DNA from: Octopus bimaculoides
Lineage: Eukaryota
Length of the DNA stretch: 36,317 nucleotides
Reading direction: 5' to 3'
Assembly: GCF_001194135.2 (NCBI RefSeq)
Contig: NC_068982.1
Span: 23,237,713-23,274,029, forward strand
Made by a program: the position numbers and the translations under genes. Positions 10,559 to 23,339 of this stretch are shown here, in pieces (within the stretch, counting starts at the first letter, position 1; the number at the start of each line of letters is the position of its first letter). A model generated the notes under the pieces. It was given only the letters and a program-made list of their open reading frames with translations. It was not told the origin of the DNA and did no database searches.

Positions 10559-10847
10559 TACCGCAATCATCAGAATCGTATACATAGTTGCCCACCGCCA
10601 TGGGTGCGCGTGCATATGGTTCTGCTAATTACAGCTTAATGGTAAAATTCAAAAGTCTTCGTTTTGGCGCGCTAATTCCAGGAATATATCCGCAGAAAAT
10701 ACTTACTGCGTCTTATATATTCAGTATGAGAACATGAGTAATGGGTAAAATATTATTATAAAGTCTGGTAATTAGTCATATATTAATTAATATCGAATAA
10801 TTATCAGGAGGCCAGCGTTCACCTACCCAAGGCAAAAAATACGCTTA

Positions 10848-11043
10848 CGAGGGAGTGCTGAAAATTCATGGGTCTGCTTGGAGGCCCAAAATTCGGAGTT
10901 CTTTTACAGGGCTTAGAAACATTGAAGGACCGCTGCAATAGGTGTGTGTATCTGAGAGGGGAATGTGTTGAATAAAATCATAATAAACCGATCCTCTGGC
11001 ATTTAGTTTTACCCAAAGCCAGTAACAAATCAGCACTCCCTTA
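10848..11043 (+). mobile_element. Mariner-derived non-autonomous element (MITE), TA TSD
   Basis: TA|CGAGGGAGTGCTGA at 10846-10861 and TCAGCACTCCCTTA|TA at 11030-11045 form TIRs with two mismatches at a CpG. The interior encodes RCNRCVYLRGECVE*, the mariner transposase C-terminus. Confidence 0.8.
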
Positions 11044-11474
11044 TAGAAATCTTTGATACTGACAACATAAAAAGATGTTCAATATGATAAGATGTGTGTC
11101 TCTAGTCATGCAAGAATGGCTTCAACTCTTTAACCGCAAAGTTAAATTTTTTTTATTGTGGTAATGATATTAAATATCAAACGAAAAATAAAATTGGTGT
11201 TTTCTATAGAGTTACGTTACTCTGTATACTATGTTAACAGAAAATACACTGCTATTATGAAACTGCTTTCCATAGTTAATAGCAATGAAATTTTGTGTGG
11301 ATATACCTGATTACCGCAGTGAGATTCTTAATTTATAAAATATAAGAACAGCATATAACAGTAATTCCTTTCAATAAAGAATCTGAAAGATATCTTGTTA
11401 GGATTTTTATCTGTCGCACTTAATGACAAATTCTTTGACGTCGAATGAAAGATGTGAAGCCCAAATTAGACTGC

Positions 11475-11475
<1 letters not shown>

Positions 11476-11533
<58 letters not shown>
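11476..11533. repeat. (ATCT)n tetranucleotide microsatellite
   Basis: Directly visible. Confidence 0.95.
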
Positions 11534-11881
11534 AATAGGCATATGTATATTATCCCTTCACACAGAAAATCTATGGAACTTTTATGTTATATACACGAAC
11601 ACATACACACACATACACACATACATACTCATACGAACGCATATACACACATATATTCATGTGCAGTAAATGAAGATTGTAGCCACTAATCTGGTTTGAC
11701 ACAATTTCCCTTGTCCGTACAGAAATGATTAGTATTCACTGAGGGGAAAATGCGCGTATACATACAACGACTCTCTCTCTCTCTCTGTCTCCCTCTATCT
11801 GTCTGTGTCTAGTTTCACTTAAACACTTAAACATATACCAGTGAGCATATATCTGTATATGCATGTTAGAGAATCAGAGAA

Positions 11882-11914
<33 letters not shown>

Positions 11915-11970
11915 CAGAGAGAGAATGAGACAGAGAAAGACAGGGAGTAAGAGGGAGAGAAATACGGAGG

Positions 11971-12014
<44 letters not shown>

Positions 12015-12556
12015 AGGAGGAAGAGAGAAAGAAAGAGTTTATGTGTATAGGTGTGTCCATGTATAGAAGATAACATTTGATTTAATATGTCAGTCAGATT
12101 TTTCGGACGTGATCCAAACTAACACTGAGCTAATCTACTTACATGATTACTGCTAAAGTGAAATACTTAAAAACGAAAGTCTGCAAATGATTATGGAACT
12201 ATTTAGCTTGCAAATATTGTTATATTGGTTTCTTGCGACTAAGTGAAAACAAAGAATTACATTTGCTGTGTGAGGAAATATGATACTCTGATATTCAAGT
12301 GGCAGGTTTAAGAATTTTTCCTGGACTTCAGTACGAAAATCCACACAATATATTGGTTCTTTCCACCAGGAAGTGAGTTATTATAGATGAGAATAGAGGA
12401 ATATTTATTTTCTTAAATTTCCCGTTTATACTGTTTTTTATTCTTGTGATAGGAATCGGGATAGAAGGCGGTTTATTGTTTGTGTTACCGCAGCATATTA
12501 CAGGTATCTTTTTTTGACAGGACGTGGATAGATCAAGCTGGAAGCAATCTATAAAG

Positions 12557-12635
12557 CGGAGATTCCCAAACTGGGTTTCGTGGAATATTGGTAGTCCACA
12601 AGAGTTGTACTTGGGGTCCGTGAACTAAATTCAAA

Positions 12636-12682
<47 letters not shown>

Positions 12683-12819
12683 GCACACATACACACACAC
12701 ATACACACACACTCACACACATACACACACATAAGTATGGGCATATTAAAAGATGTCCGTGGGAAAACTCATTTAAATAAATGGGTTATAAACGACTATG
12801 AAAAGGTTGGGAACCGCTG
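12557..12819. mobile_element. hAT-type MITE with internal (AC)n
   Basis: Ends are CGGAGATTCCCAAAC and GGTTGGGAACCGCTG (CAGCGGTTCCCAA-type TIR). The 8-bp TSDs are CTATAAAG (12549-12556) and CTGTAAAG (12820-12827), a 7/8 match. Confidence 0.75.
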
Positions 12820-12969
12820 CTGTAAAGTATATTTCTCTTACTTTTAAAATTGATTTTGACAGTTGAACGTAACTTTCGAAGGATTACGTAGAATAGTAGG
12901 GTCAAAGTTTAACCCGCCATAGACAAATATCTTTTTTACTTCTTACTATATCTACAATAATATTAATAG

Positions 12970-13116
12970 TATTCATTTCAAATTTTGGCAGAAGGCCAAT
13001 CCCAAAGGGACAAAGCCAAAGTAGACCTTGGCGGAATTAGAATTCAAAACGTATGGATGGACGAAGTGGCGCTAAGTCTTGTTCCCGAGTGCTAACGATT
13101 CTGCCAGCTCGTCGCC
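12970..13116 (-). mobile_element. Internally deleted copy of the 526-752 SINE family
   Basis: Minus strand: GGCGACGAGCTGGCAGAATCGTTAGCAC...GAATTCTAATTCCGCCAAGGTCTACTTTGGCTTT, then a jump to the 3' tail; the central block is missing. Confidence 0.75.
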
Positions 13117-13696
13117 TTTGCAATAATAATTCTATTAGGAAGGAAAATAAGCTGAATATTTAGAGAAAGAGAGGAATACCGCCTGGATGCACTGAAGAAC
13201 CTGAGACCAAAATGCTAGTATGTGTATTCATTAGTGTATTTGAAATTACTTCAAATACCTGCAATGCACTGGTACCTCGGACAACAGCTATAAGCCGACC
13301 TTTAAACATTTATCAGTTCAATGGTCGCAATACGTGTGGAAGTTTTGAAACTTTGCATACTGGGCAATTTATAATGCTTAATCATAGAGAGGACTGAATT
13401 TAATGTGAATATGGCTGCAGCAAATATGTGCTGTGTTGTTCAGTTTTCTATAATTCTTTTGTGGTTTACAGACCCATAGCAATATAACATCATTTTTCTC
13501 TTATAAGTGGTCTGATCGATAAGTATCTGGGCTGTTGCCATAGTAACGAAGCGAAAGCACGGAGAGTAAAACCTCTTGGCAAAGATTGATCTTGAACACT
13601 GCTTGGAATCCAAGTTCGATTCCAAGCAGTGACTTGAACAACAACAACAACAACAACAATAACAACAGCAACAACAACAACAACAACAGCAACAAC

Positions 13697-13766
<70 letters not shown>

Positions 13767-13772
13767 TTAATA

Positions 13773-14222
13773 ATACACACAGATAGAGAAATTAAGGCAA
13801 ATAGACCAGATATAGTTGTCAAAGATCATGAAGAAAAAAAATGCTTTCTAATTGATGTATCAATACCAGCAGATGACAACGTCTCATTAAAAAGAAATGG
13901 AAAAACTTTCAAAATACAAAGACCTGGAAATACAGGTAACTCGAATGTAGAATCTAAAAACAGAAACAATTCCTATTATAGTAGGTGCCTTAAGTGTAAT
14001 AAAAAAAATATTCAGACAAATACATAACAAAAACACCAGGACTTACAAATATATATAACATACAGAAAATTGCACTACTGGGCACATCACACATCCTACG
14101 CAAAACACTTTCAATACAGTAACCATAAGAGCACCACAGCAAACCACAGCACATAACCAAGGTGCACAGAGCTGCGCTCGGTACTGAAGTGAAAGCACGT
14201 TATAAAAATAAAACTACTGAAC
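13773..14222 (+). mobile_element. 5'-truncated R4/Dong-clade element (REL endonuclease and 3' UTR) inserted in (AAT)n
   Basis: IHTDREIKANRPDIVVKDHEEKKCFLIDVSIPADDNVSLK/EMEKLSKYKDLEIQVTRM*NLKTETIPIIVGAL..IQKIALLGTSHILRKTLSIQ* (stop at 14120-14122), then a ~100-bp 3' UTR. (AAT)n on both sides. Confidence 0.9.
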
Positions 14223-14256
<34 letters not shown>

Positions 14257-14303
14257 TCGAAGACTACCTTAGCAATGAGAACCCAGGTTCGAAATTTCCC
14301 CAA

Positions 14304-14347
14304 GACACCTGAAGACGTTTGGAGGGTATATCAGCCGAAACGTTGTG
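14304..14347 (+). ncRNA. Degenerate minimal hammerhead motif
   Basis: CAC-CUGAAGA-CGUUUGGAGGGUAUAUCAGCC-GAAA-CG-UU-GUG. The core, palindromic AACGUU helix III and a 3-bp helix I are present, but helix II is poorly paired. Probably inactive. Confidence 0.4.
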
Positions 14348-15197
14348 ATGAGGACAAATATCCGTCGAATGTAAATAATGTAAATAATGTAAATAACAGG
14401 CCATATATTCTTGGTTGTGACAGACAAGAAAAAATTTGAACCGTCACAGAGGTCAGCAGTCATTCTCATGAGAATAACTGTTAGAAAATCAAAAGGAAAG
14501 GCTATAACTATGGGCAACTGCTTCGAAAGCTCAAAGTTTCTGTAAACATATTATAAACTGATGTTTATGACAATAATAATTGTTGCACCTGATTTGTATG
14601 TAAATCTGTGATAAAATCTAAGTGACAATCTGGGAAAATTAAGCTTTTTAGGGAAAGCAATCAACCAGCAAACTTGCACCTTACACATACAGTCTGTAAA
14701 TGGAACAGTAAAAAGATGCCAAACTTTTCTGAAGTTTAAAGGTGACATGGTGCTTCTTATATATGAATTCCAAAGATGGAACTTTGTATCTTTATTAGAA
14801 ACCGGATCCTTCTTCAGTGGAAAAATTCAAATAATTAAAAACATAGGAGAATACGCGCGCGCGCACACTCAAATGCACCCCCCCCCACACACACACATAC
14901 ACAACGGTTCATGGTTTTGCATGTGTCTGTATGCATATTTTTATGCAAAAGATTGTCGTATGCGGTCCAGAATCATGTTGTACTTCGAAAGATGTCTCCA
15001 GATTGAACACGTGCTGTGCTGTTATAACGTTGCGAACGATAACGAGATTATATTCCATTTTCGCTTTCACATTTGGAGTTTATCATTTTTCACACATGCC
15101 CTTAAGAAACCATGTCATGCATACATACATGCATATATGTATCCATCCATCCATCCATCCAGCCATCCATACGTACATACATACACACATACACACA

Positions 15198-15237
<40 letters not shown>

Positions 15238-15278
15238 CACATATATATATATATATATATACATATATACATATACAA

Positions 15279-15316
<38 letters not shown>

Positions 15317-16589
15317 TCATACACCCAGACGTAAATATATATACACGTATATATATGTGTGCGTACTTACGTCTATATATTATCGTATCATCATTGTTAT
15401 ATTCTTGTACAATGGACAGTTGACCTATACTTTGTCCACTGCTATTCTTCTGCATTGTGTGATTGATGGTATTTAATCAATATCATATTGTAAATAGGTA
15501 CTATGACAGTATACATCATACATCTCAAAATATTGAAAGCACTGTACCATCTAGGAATGATTTCTCAGCGTTTAATGCTAAAATTTTTCATTATAGCCAC
15601 TGGGTTATGGATGAAATCTGCCAAGAAAATTTATCTCATCCACTCTGAATGAAATGCAGAACTCTCAAATGCTTACACTATGATCCAATATGCAGGCAGT
15701 AATATGTTTCTTTCATGTCAGTAAGCATTCATGTGAGAGAGCAAGTTTTATTTCAGTGAGTAAAATCAAATCATGTTCTGTTCTTTCGCTATTCAAATGA
15801 AATGCATCAAAGAGGATCCTTTCAAGTCGCTGAGGACACTTTTAAATCTGCGGCTCACCTGAATACACGAGCATATAACATATGATGTGACAGAAGATAC
15901 ATATAAAGAATTAACTACGTACACATAATAACAGTGACACACGCGCAAATATATGTACGCATATACGTGTTTGTATGTGTGTGCGTGTGTGTACGCTTGT
16001 GTGTGTATCAGTGTATTTATATGTAATGGTAAGTATATGTGTGTGTATGTGTGCATATATATATATATATATNNNNNNNNNNNNNNNNNNNNNNNNNNNN
16101 NNNNNNNNNNNNNNNNNNNNNNNNNNNNNNNNNNNNNNNNNNNNNNNNNNNNNNNNNNNNNNNNNNNNNNNNNNNNNNNNNNNNNNNNNNNNNNNNNNNN
16201 NNNNNNNNNNNNNNNNNNNNNNNNNNNNNNNNNNNNNNNNNNNNNNNNNNNNNNNNNNNNNNNNNNNNNNNNNNNNNNNNNNNNNNNNNNNNNNNNNNNN
16301 NNNNNNNNNNNNNNNNNNNNNNNNNNNNNNNNNNNNNNNNNNNNNNNNNNNNNNNNNNNNNNNNNNNNNNNNNNNNNNNNNNNNNNNNNNNNNNNNNNNN
16401 NNNNNNNNNNNNNNNNNNNNNNNNNNNNNNNNNNNNNNNNNNNNNNNNNNNNNNNNNNNNNNNNNNNNNNNNNNNNNNNNNNNNNNNNNNNNNNNNNNNN
16501 NNNNNNNNNNNNNNNNNNNNNNNNNNNNNNNNNNNNNNNNNNNNNNNNNNNNNNNNNNNNNNNNNNNNNNNNNNNNNNNNNNNNNNNNN

Positions 16590-16652
<63 letters not shown>

Positions 16653-16945
16653 TATATATATATATGTACACACAGATACACACAAACATTCATTTGCATC
16701 TGTGTACCTAAATCCTTGCATACATGTCTTGTGTAAATGTATATATATTACTTGGCGTTCGACTTCATCGCCTTTTCTTTCATTATTAAGTTATCATTAT
16801 TTTAACAACGTCTCTTAAATTATTTAGTAATACTATCATTGCACCAATATATCCTTTATTTCTATACACTTGAACTTTCACTGAAATTTGTTATCCATAC
16901 TTCATCTATGTAACTATATTTCTCTCTTCATATACATATACCCGT

Positions 16946-18162
16946 ATGAACCACAATCTTCTAAATTTCACCCAGGTTGGCTTTCGCTGTGGCGGGGACT
17001 GTCTAACACAGCTCTTACATCACGTCGAAGATGTCCTTAAAGATATGGGGTCAGGTTCGAACTCTGAAATCATAAATCTTGATTTCAGCAAAGAGTCGAT
17101 CACAATATCCTACTGTCAAAATTGTCAGTTACTGGAATCTATGGAAAACTACTACACTGAATTGAGTATTTTCTAGAGAACAGAACACAACTTGTTGTGA
17201 CGGGTGGAATCCACTCAAACTAAGGAAAAGTCACCAGTGGTGCCCTTCAGGGAACTGTCTTAGTCCTGCTTCTGTATATAGTCCATATTATCAACGGAGA
17301 AGAAGACCGAACTGAACTCCAGTCTGATATACATGCTGTAAATCATGAGCAGACAAATACAAAATGCAACTAGGCTGGGGAAAATTTGAACTGATGAAGT
17401 TTGGAGAAGTGACTAGGCTAAGTCAACCATATCCCCTTCCTTCAGGGGAATCACTCACAGTATCTAATAATATCAAAGACGCAGGAGTAAATATAGACAA
17501 CAATCTCAGCTGGAGTGCCCACATCAACAGTGAAGTCGATATAGCCGGTAAGGTCAGCTCCTGGATCTTAACAACTTTCCGACCCAGAGAGCAAAGTGTC
17601 ATAATTCCTGTTTTCTTCTCCTTTGTACGGTCACACCTAGAATACTGCTCCCCACCCCCGTGGTCTCGCCACACAAAACAAGACATTTCGAGAATCGAAA
17701 CACGCCAGAGGGTATTCACTAATAAATTAAAGGAAAGTCTAATCTCGATTATTAGAACCGCTTTAAAGCATTTAAACTCTGTTTCCGTTATGACGGATGC
17801 ATCATCCAAGGCAAGGACCACGGGTCACATGGCCCATATACAATTCAAGATCGCAAAACATAACTACACTGCAACAGAATTTCTTTCCCTCAACAGACCC
17901 AGTTCTATTTAACATTATCCACACACAAATAAAATAGGAAAAAAATCCCATCAACTTTAAATGGAATGCGGACAGGTTTCTTCAAAGGATACTAAATAAG
18001 CCACATATACCTGGATACAAATCACTTAACAAGAACTTCCGACATGAATGGGCCATGACACCATCAAGCTAGACTCGAAAAGGACTTCGCAAATTCTATC
18101 AGATGGTGCTATCAAATTAAACATGTCCTGGGCCATCTTTGTTCGGAACGCATCTAAGTTAC
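16946..18162 (+). mobile_element. CR1-clade LINE remnant (RT through C-terminus and 3' UTR), multiply disrupted
   Basis: HNLLNFTQVGFRCGGDCLTQLLHHVED..IINLDFSK; GALQGTVL; KDAGVNIDNNLSWSAHI..FVRSHLEYCSPPPWSRHTKQDISRIE..QRVFT; FNIIHTQIK*EKNPINFK..DRFLQRILNKPHIPGYKSLNKN..EWA. Confidence 0.85.
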
Positions 18163-18217
18163 CTCTCTCCCTCTATCTCTCTTTCTCTCTCTCTCTCTTT
18201 CTCTCTCTCTCTTTATC

Positions 18218-18304
<87 letters not shown>

Positions 18305-18335
18305 ATCTCTCTCTCTCTATATATATATATATATG
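18163..18335. repeat. (CT)n/(CTTT) then (TA)n microsatellite
   Basis: Directly visible, at the 3' end of the CR1 remnant. Confidence 0.95.
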
Positions 18336-18525
18336 TATTTGCATATACATATATAAACACAGTCACACGACACAGGTATGCACATATCTATATTATATAT
18401 CTAAATATGTATAAATATATTCAGATATTAAATGCCTCAACATATAATGACATAAATATTGATATGAAAAAATATTTATCACAGAAAGAAAAAAATAAGT
18501 AAAGAAAAAGTTCATCAAAATCATA

Positions 18526-18596
<71 letters not shown>

Positions 18597-18620
18597 AATG
18601 ATGATGATGATGAAGATGAT
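18526..18620. repeat. (ATG)n microsatellite
   Basis: Directly visible. Confidence 0.95.
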
Positions 18621-19093
18621 AATTACAACAAGACCAATAAAACAAACATTATAATATTAATAATAATAATTATAATCTGTATATAATTATATATACGTCC
18701 GTACAGACATATATACGGACGCATAAAGCATTTGTGTATGTTGCTGTTCTGTACATTGGCCGTATATTTGGTGTCTCTACATAATATTCGAAATGTTTTT
18801 GTAATATCCAAACAAGAAAAGAGATATTTGCGTTATTAGAGGTGGTAGGTTGAAAGAGGCCGTGACACAAGCAGCTAAAGTGCTAAAACTTTGATATTTG
18901 GTATTAAAAAGACACACGATTACTTATTTATTTGTTAATCTACCCATGGGATTTAAGTTTAGAAAACTTTATATGATGTTACCTCATAAAATAAAACAAA
19001 ATTCAATGAAGGATATTGGAAAATAAAAGAAATACAAGAAGAGGTATGGCTGCTCTATGCTTTCCACAAAATACACACACACATAGATATATG

Positions 19094-19140
<47 letters not shown>

Positions 19141-19846
19141 NNNNNNNNNNNNNNNNNNNNNNNNNNNNNNNNNNNNNNNNNNNNNNNNNNNNNNNNNNNN
19201 NNNNNNNNNNNNNNNNNNNNNNNNNNNNNNNNNNNNNNNNNNNNNNNNNNNNNNNNNNNNNNNNNNNNNNNNNNNNNNNNNNNNNNNNNNNNNNNNNNNN
19301 NNNNNNNNNNNNNNNNNNNNNNNNNNNNNNNNNNNNNNNNNNNNNNNNNNNNNNNNNNNNNNNNNNNNNNNNNNNNNNNNNNNNNNNNNNNNNNNNNNNN
19401 NNNNNNNNNNNNNNNNNNNNNNNNNNNNNNNNNNNNNNNNNNNNNNNNNNNNNNNNNNNNNNNNNNNNNNNNNNNNNNNNNNNNNNNNNNNNNNNNNNNN
19501 NNNNNNNNNNNNNNNNNNNNNNNNNNNNNNNNNNNNNNNNNNNNNNNNNNNNNNNNNNNNNNNNNNNNNNNNNNNNNNNNNNNNNNNNNNNNNNNNNNNN
19601 NNNNNNNNNNNNNNNNNNNNNNNNNNNNNNNNNTATATATATATATATATGCTCCAAAACTACATTGTAAATAAAATATGAAACCAAAAGAAAACGTTGT
19701 ACTACTTTTCCTTTGATATGTGTATGAAACATCTATTTATATTTCAATATATTGTCCTGGTTGTTTGTGCATATATATAGATATATGTACGTGTACACAT
19801 TGTAGTGGGTGTGTGTGCGAGGATTATGTCTAAATAAATACTCATA

Positions 19847-19856
19847 TCTATCTATG

Positions 19857-19917
<61 letters not shown>

Positions 19918-19995
19918 GTCTGTATGTCTGTCTATCTGCCTGTCTGTCTGTATGTCTGTATGTCAGCCTCTCAGTCTGTCTGTTTGTCTGCCTGT
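19847..19995. repeat. (TCTA)n/(TCTG)n compound microsatellite
   Basis: Directly visible. Confidence 0.9.
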
Positions 19996-20088
19996 CTGGT
20001 AGTCTATCGCTCTCTATCTGTCTTTCCATTCAAATATCTATTTGTCTCTTTGTGATTCCGTTTGACTCCTTCATTCTCTGCACGCACA

Positions 20089-20134
<46 letters not shown>

Positions 20135-21089
20135 CATATATATTCATTTGATTTGATCTTGTTTTAGCTCATGAGCTGCGGCCATGCTGGGGCACCGCTA
20201 ATTTACTTCACTAATTTTTGTTAGAAATTGACCTTCTGTGCATATATATAATAAATTAAGTAAAGATGATGTATTAAGTTGATTCTACTTAATAGTAATC
20301 TTCTTTTTAATGTTTAAATTGACCTATATATTACTTTTAGCTAAATTGGTCATGATATCACTTTCTAGAATTTGTTAAATTTTATTTTATTTTATTTTTA
20401 TACGATATAATAATGTTGTTTATAAATGTTCTTCCACTGAGCCCCTAATGTTTTCCTGGATCTCATTTTAGCATCCTATGTTTCATAGTGTTTGTTCATT
20501 TAATTGGTAACATCCTCGTGAATTAATGATTAAATAACTCAATGAATTAATTAATCAGTTGATTAATCGACCATACGTGGATCTTCAGCAGAATCACCGA
20601 GGGTACATAATTATAAAACTAGTCAACGTACGTAAAACACAAAGGAAGAAACGTGTGCACTTCTTTTCATCTTTATACATCAGGAATTCAAATCAAAATG
20701 TCCACAACTACCGCACCAAGCTAGAACAGTACAGCAGTGAATGATTCAACAGTGAATTACCTGACCCGCTCATTAAATACTTAAATATATAAATATAAGA
20801 GTAAAAGTTATCAAAATAATAATTTATACCAGTAGTTAGGTTGTGTAAAAAAGAAAAGTCCGTAGACATAAATATTTTCAAAATGAGTAAGAGCCGGAAA
20901 TTCATCCTTCCGATGGGTTTCGCGTTACCGCTTAGCTACGGTGGCATAAACAAACCATTAGCAGTTGGGAAATGGTGTGTTTGCAAACAGAAAGACAGGC
21001 GCGCGCGCACAAATACGCACATATTTTATAGAATGGGCACCGACACATTTATCGTACTAATTTTACTAACAAAGCCGGAACTCTAGTGC

Positions 21090-21170
21090 CAACCCACTCT
21101 CACCAGTGAGACTGAACCCAAAACCACATGCTTACATGTGGTGGGCTTTTTGACTTCACAAACATACCTT
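21090..21170 (-). mobile_element. Highly decayed SINE head
   Basis: GAGACTGAACCCAAAACCACATG resembles the reverse complement of a tRNA-SINE B-box region. Contains an 8-bp hairpin ACCACATG-CTTA-CATGTGGT at 21123-21142. Confidence 0.3.
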
Positions 21171-21571
21171 CATCTAGAGAGAAACTCATGTAACAAGAAA
21201 ATACGAACCTTTAGTTTTAGTAGACATGCATATTTATATTACCTGAGGGAAGTAAAGTTTGGTAATAAATCAGATAGAATCCTTTCTGTGGTCGAAAAAA
21301 TGAACACTCAATGCTTGGTGAAGCGTTGAAGAATAATGAAATGTAATTTGTGAGAAAATCGCGGAATATTGCTTTTCCGGTGATGTAAGAACGCTTCAGA
21401 AATTGTTTGGCATAGTTCTTAGTCTTATGACACTTAATTTGTTTTATAAAGAGAAAGAAAGATACTTGCTAAACCTAAGTGGAACTTGCTTCTTTTGTTG
21501 AGCAAATACTTGTGTTGCGTTTATGTCACATATTGCGTTTTCGTAAGTATTTCTGAATCATCCAAAAATAG

Positions 21572-21949
21572 CTCCTTTGTGGTGATATTGCGCGAGTTCA
21601 GGAAGAGATTCCGTAGCAAAAGGCAAAAGAAAATACAGCAGGACAATACACCATCCTGGCCTGGAGATTGATTACATTACAGAGGTAGGCAACAAAACTG
21701 TCCCTTATCTTCCTCTTAATTCAGACCTTGCTTCCTGTGATGTTTGGTTGTTCTGAAAGCTGAAGGAAATGGAAGGCGTCCTTCACATTAGAGGACTTAC
21801 ATGCAGCCTTCAAGAAATAGCTTGAGCACTAAAACAAGTGCATTGAAATCAAAGAATTCTATTTGAACGATATTAGTCTTTTGCACTTAGTGGAAATTAA
21901 TACATGTCCCACCTGAAAATGCCGAAAAAGTTCTGGAATTCACTTTGTA
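21572..21949 (+). mobile_element. Mariner (DD34D-type) transposase 3' remnant with probable right TIR
   Basis: VILREFRKRFRSKR..QQDNTP; VPYLPLNSDLASCDVWLF*KLKE (cf. HPPYSPDLAPCDFWLFPKLK); LEDLHAAFKK*LEH*NKCIEIK. Ends AAAAAGTTCTGGAATTCACTTTG|TA. Confidence 0.75.
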
Positions 21950-22384
21950 TATGCATATATTTCTTGAAATGGTTGTACTTGTAATTTATTCACTCCATTT
22001 ATTTATTTTCCATAGACATTGTTCTTATATCCCGACTAATTTCTACTCAAGTGTATAACACGCAAAACATAATCTGAACCGGGCATATGAAAGATGTGTC
22101 TTTTGATGATGATTAGTTGGTTGCTACAAACGCACAGACAAACATGCGCTCATGTCCCTTGTCCGGAAGTCTTTCATCACACTTCTCCGACCGCTTCAGA
22201 GACATTTAGTCAATTGGACTAAGCGGAGCAAGAGCATACACCAGGTCGGAAAGTGTTGCTGTAGAGGTCACAGATATGTGACGAAAGATCTTCGGACAAT
22301 GATCATGAGTTAAAATACGAACAGTTATAAAGGAGGGATGAAAGAATATATAGCGTGTGTGTTTACTTGGCAAAAATTAAGGTA

Positions 22385-22420
<36 letters not shown>

Positions 22421-23339
22421 NNNNNNNNNNNNNNNNNNNNNNNNNNNNNNNNNNNNNNNNNNNNNNNNNNNNNNNNNNNNNNNNNNNNNNNNNNNNNNNN
22501 NNNNNNNNNNNNNNNNNNNNNNNNNNNNNNNNNNNNNNNNNNNNNNNNNNNNNNNNNNNNNNNNNNNNNNNNNNNNNNNNNNNNNNNNNNNNNNNNNNNN
22601 NNNNNNNNNNNNNNNNNNNNNNNNNNNNNNNNNNNNNNNNNNNNNNNNNNNNNNNNNNNNNNNNNNNNNNNNNNNNNNNNNNNNNNNNNNNNNNNNNNNN
22701 NNNNNNNNNNNNNNNNNNNNNNNNNNNNNNNNNNNNNNNNNNNNNNNNNNNNNNNNNNNNNNNNNNNNNNNNNNNNNNNNNNNNNNNNNNNNNNNNNNNN
22801 NNNNNNNTATATATACTGTAACAGAGAAAGCAATACCGTCTGGAAATATTTTTATAAATTCATGTTCTAAGAAATTGCCTGTAATTTAGATTTCTGAAGT
22901 TTATTTTATTTTTTTTAACTCCAAATTCTCGCAAATTTAAATATTTATTGCATTCATTGCGGAGTAGATTTTAATGTTTAATTATAAACACTATTAATTC
23001 ATTGCAGGCAACCTTTCATGTTTTTTTTATTCGCAACAGTCTCTCATTTACGTTCGCTTCTATTTTCATTAATGATAATTTAATAACACCTATATAACTT
23101 TGATACGTGGGACAATTTCCAGAATATTATCAGTTTCCGGAGTTTGTTAAATGAATATTTTCGATAAAATGAAAATTCTTTAATATACCGGTATGATTTT
23201 TTTTTTTAAAACGAAGAACTGATTTTGTTGGTATTGCTACTTGGAACGCTATAAGCCTTGCAATAATAATTATATGATAGCTACTATAGTGTTTAATGAG
23301 CTTTCATTTATATATAATATTCGAGTGGAAAAGAAAATT

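Larger units (their letters stand above)
13611..14397 (+). mobile_element. Probable tRNA-headed SINE with internal (AAC/AAT)n and PLE-like 3' part, interrupted by a Dong insertion
   Basis: B-box GTTCGATTCC at 13614-13623, then AAGCAGTGACTTGAAC(AAC)n(AAT)n. After the Dong element: (AAT)n ACATCGAAGACTACCTTAGCAATGAGAACCCAGG...GAAACGTTGTG...(TGTAAATAA)3. That the two halves belong together rests on recollection of an octopus repeat consensus, unverified. Confidence 0.55.

Noticed and set aside
14560-14750. Weak integrase-like peptide ...TLHIQSVNGTVKRCQTFLK
   Set aside because: Only vague similarity to HPQ.NG.VER; no catalytic D residues or other LTR-element context.
15793-15910. Possible small exon near CAG|GTGAG on the minus strand
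   Set aside because: No convincing acceptor/frame pair and no recognisable peptide.
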